Shown here: positions 63,200 to 64,000 of the stretch, one piece after another
Layout: each line of letters starts with the position of its first letter
Position numbering within the stretch: position 1 is the first letter of the stretch
The notes under the pieces: model-generated
Database searches by the model: none
What the model was told of the DNA's origin: nothing
Seen by the model: the letters and a program-made list of their open reading frames with translations, nothing else
Translations under genes and position numbers: made by a program
DNA from: Callorhinchus milii
Taxonomy: Eukaryota
Reading direction: 5' to 3'
Length of the DNA stretch: 64,000 bases
Assembly (NCBI RefSeq): GCF_018977255.1
Contig: NW_024704743.1
Span: 44,022,001 to 44,086,000 of the forward strand

Positions 63200-63545
63200 T
63201 GATTTGTTTGGCCATGTGGAGACCCATCACCATGCTAAAAGTATCCAAACAAGCGCTGCGGGACGTTACTCTGCGTGAAGGGCACTATATAAACACAAAT
63301 TGTTGTTGCTTTTTCTGGTACAGAGAGCATACTCTTTCCCAATGAGATCCAATTTTCTGACCTAATCCTGGAGAGTTTAAGCACAGGTTGGCATGAGCCA
63401 AGGCTTGGGAATATATTGGGGTACTGTTGGAGCTGAACCAGCTTGTATTGTGAACAGTAGCAAACTTCCCACTACTTGTCCAGCTAGATACCACCATACA
63501 CACCAGGGCTTTGGCTGGCAGGGTTAACAGGAGCCAAGTGGGAAA
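63200..63545 (-). mobile_element. Further copy of the I-group-like 3' end, with an L2-type tail (+) at 63251-63310
   Basis: 'catgtggagacccatcaccatg', 'cttgtccagctag' and 'gggctttggctggcagggttaacaggagcc' are shared with the other copies. Confidence 0.72.
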
Positions 63546-64000
63546 ACATTGTGTGATAGGTAAATTCAGATGTATAAGTTTATTTGAAATTTTGGAATTA
63601 AATTTGTGGTGTTGGAACACATGAAATGCCTCAAATGGCAGGCTTTAGTGTGAACAAGGAATGATTGGGTGTATATTTTGTTTCTACAGATAGCAGAGGT
63701 AGCCATACCAATTACACTAGGAGCTGCTAATGAATATGTTGGTGAATGGTCCCACTGGCCAAGATTGCTCACATATTGTTCACTGCGCTTGAAAGGTAAA
63801 ATGCTCTCCAGTTACTAAATCTCTGCAAATCTCTTTGGATTAATACTCTCTCCTTTCAGTACCTTATGCTCACATAATTTAGGATCAACAGAAAATTGAG
63901 CCATTCTACATGCAGTAGACATAGGGATCCAGACACAGGGCAACTTACAAGCATACATAGCATACATATGTAGAAGTTTCAGTCTGGTTTGAATACTCTT

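Overview
Vertebrate non-coding DNA (intergenic or a very large intron) dominated by non-LTR retroelements. The repeat mix suggests a cartilaginous fish such as a chimaera; this is an inference from repeat types, not a database result. I recognise no host protein-coding exon, RNA gene or CRISPR array, and the long ORFs in the track are retroelement-derived. Contents: (1) many L2-clade LINE copies, including a young C/T-rich family with (GTT)n tails and a 2.7-kb copy with an open RT domain (57815-60497); (2) at least three CR1 lineages, including a near-full-length copy with ORF1 (about 15400-19830); (3) a tRNA-Ala-headed SINE in long and short forms with an L2-type tail; (4) older Deu-domain SINEs; (5) a decayed dispersed repeat (5 copies) with a 10-bp TSD and RNase H/CCHC-like relics, probably an I-group LINE; (6) a MITE-like inverted-repeat element. 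Best leads: a perfect 31-bp-stem L2-derived hairpin (55352-55417), an in-phase U_UUA_AAC slippery site at the CR1 ORF1/ORF2 junction, a C-terminal frameshift shared by all four young L2 copies covering that region, stepwise SINE tail convergence on the young L2 tail, and the RNase H-bearing fossil LINE. Boundaries of old copies are approximate, and all alignments were done by eye.
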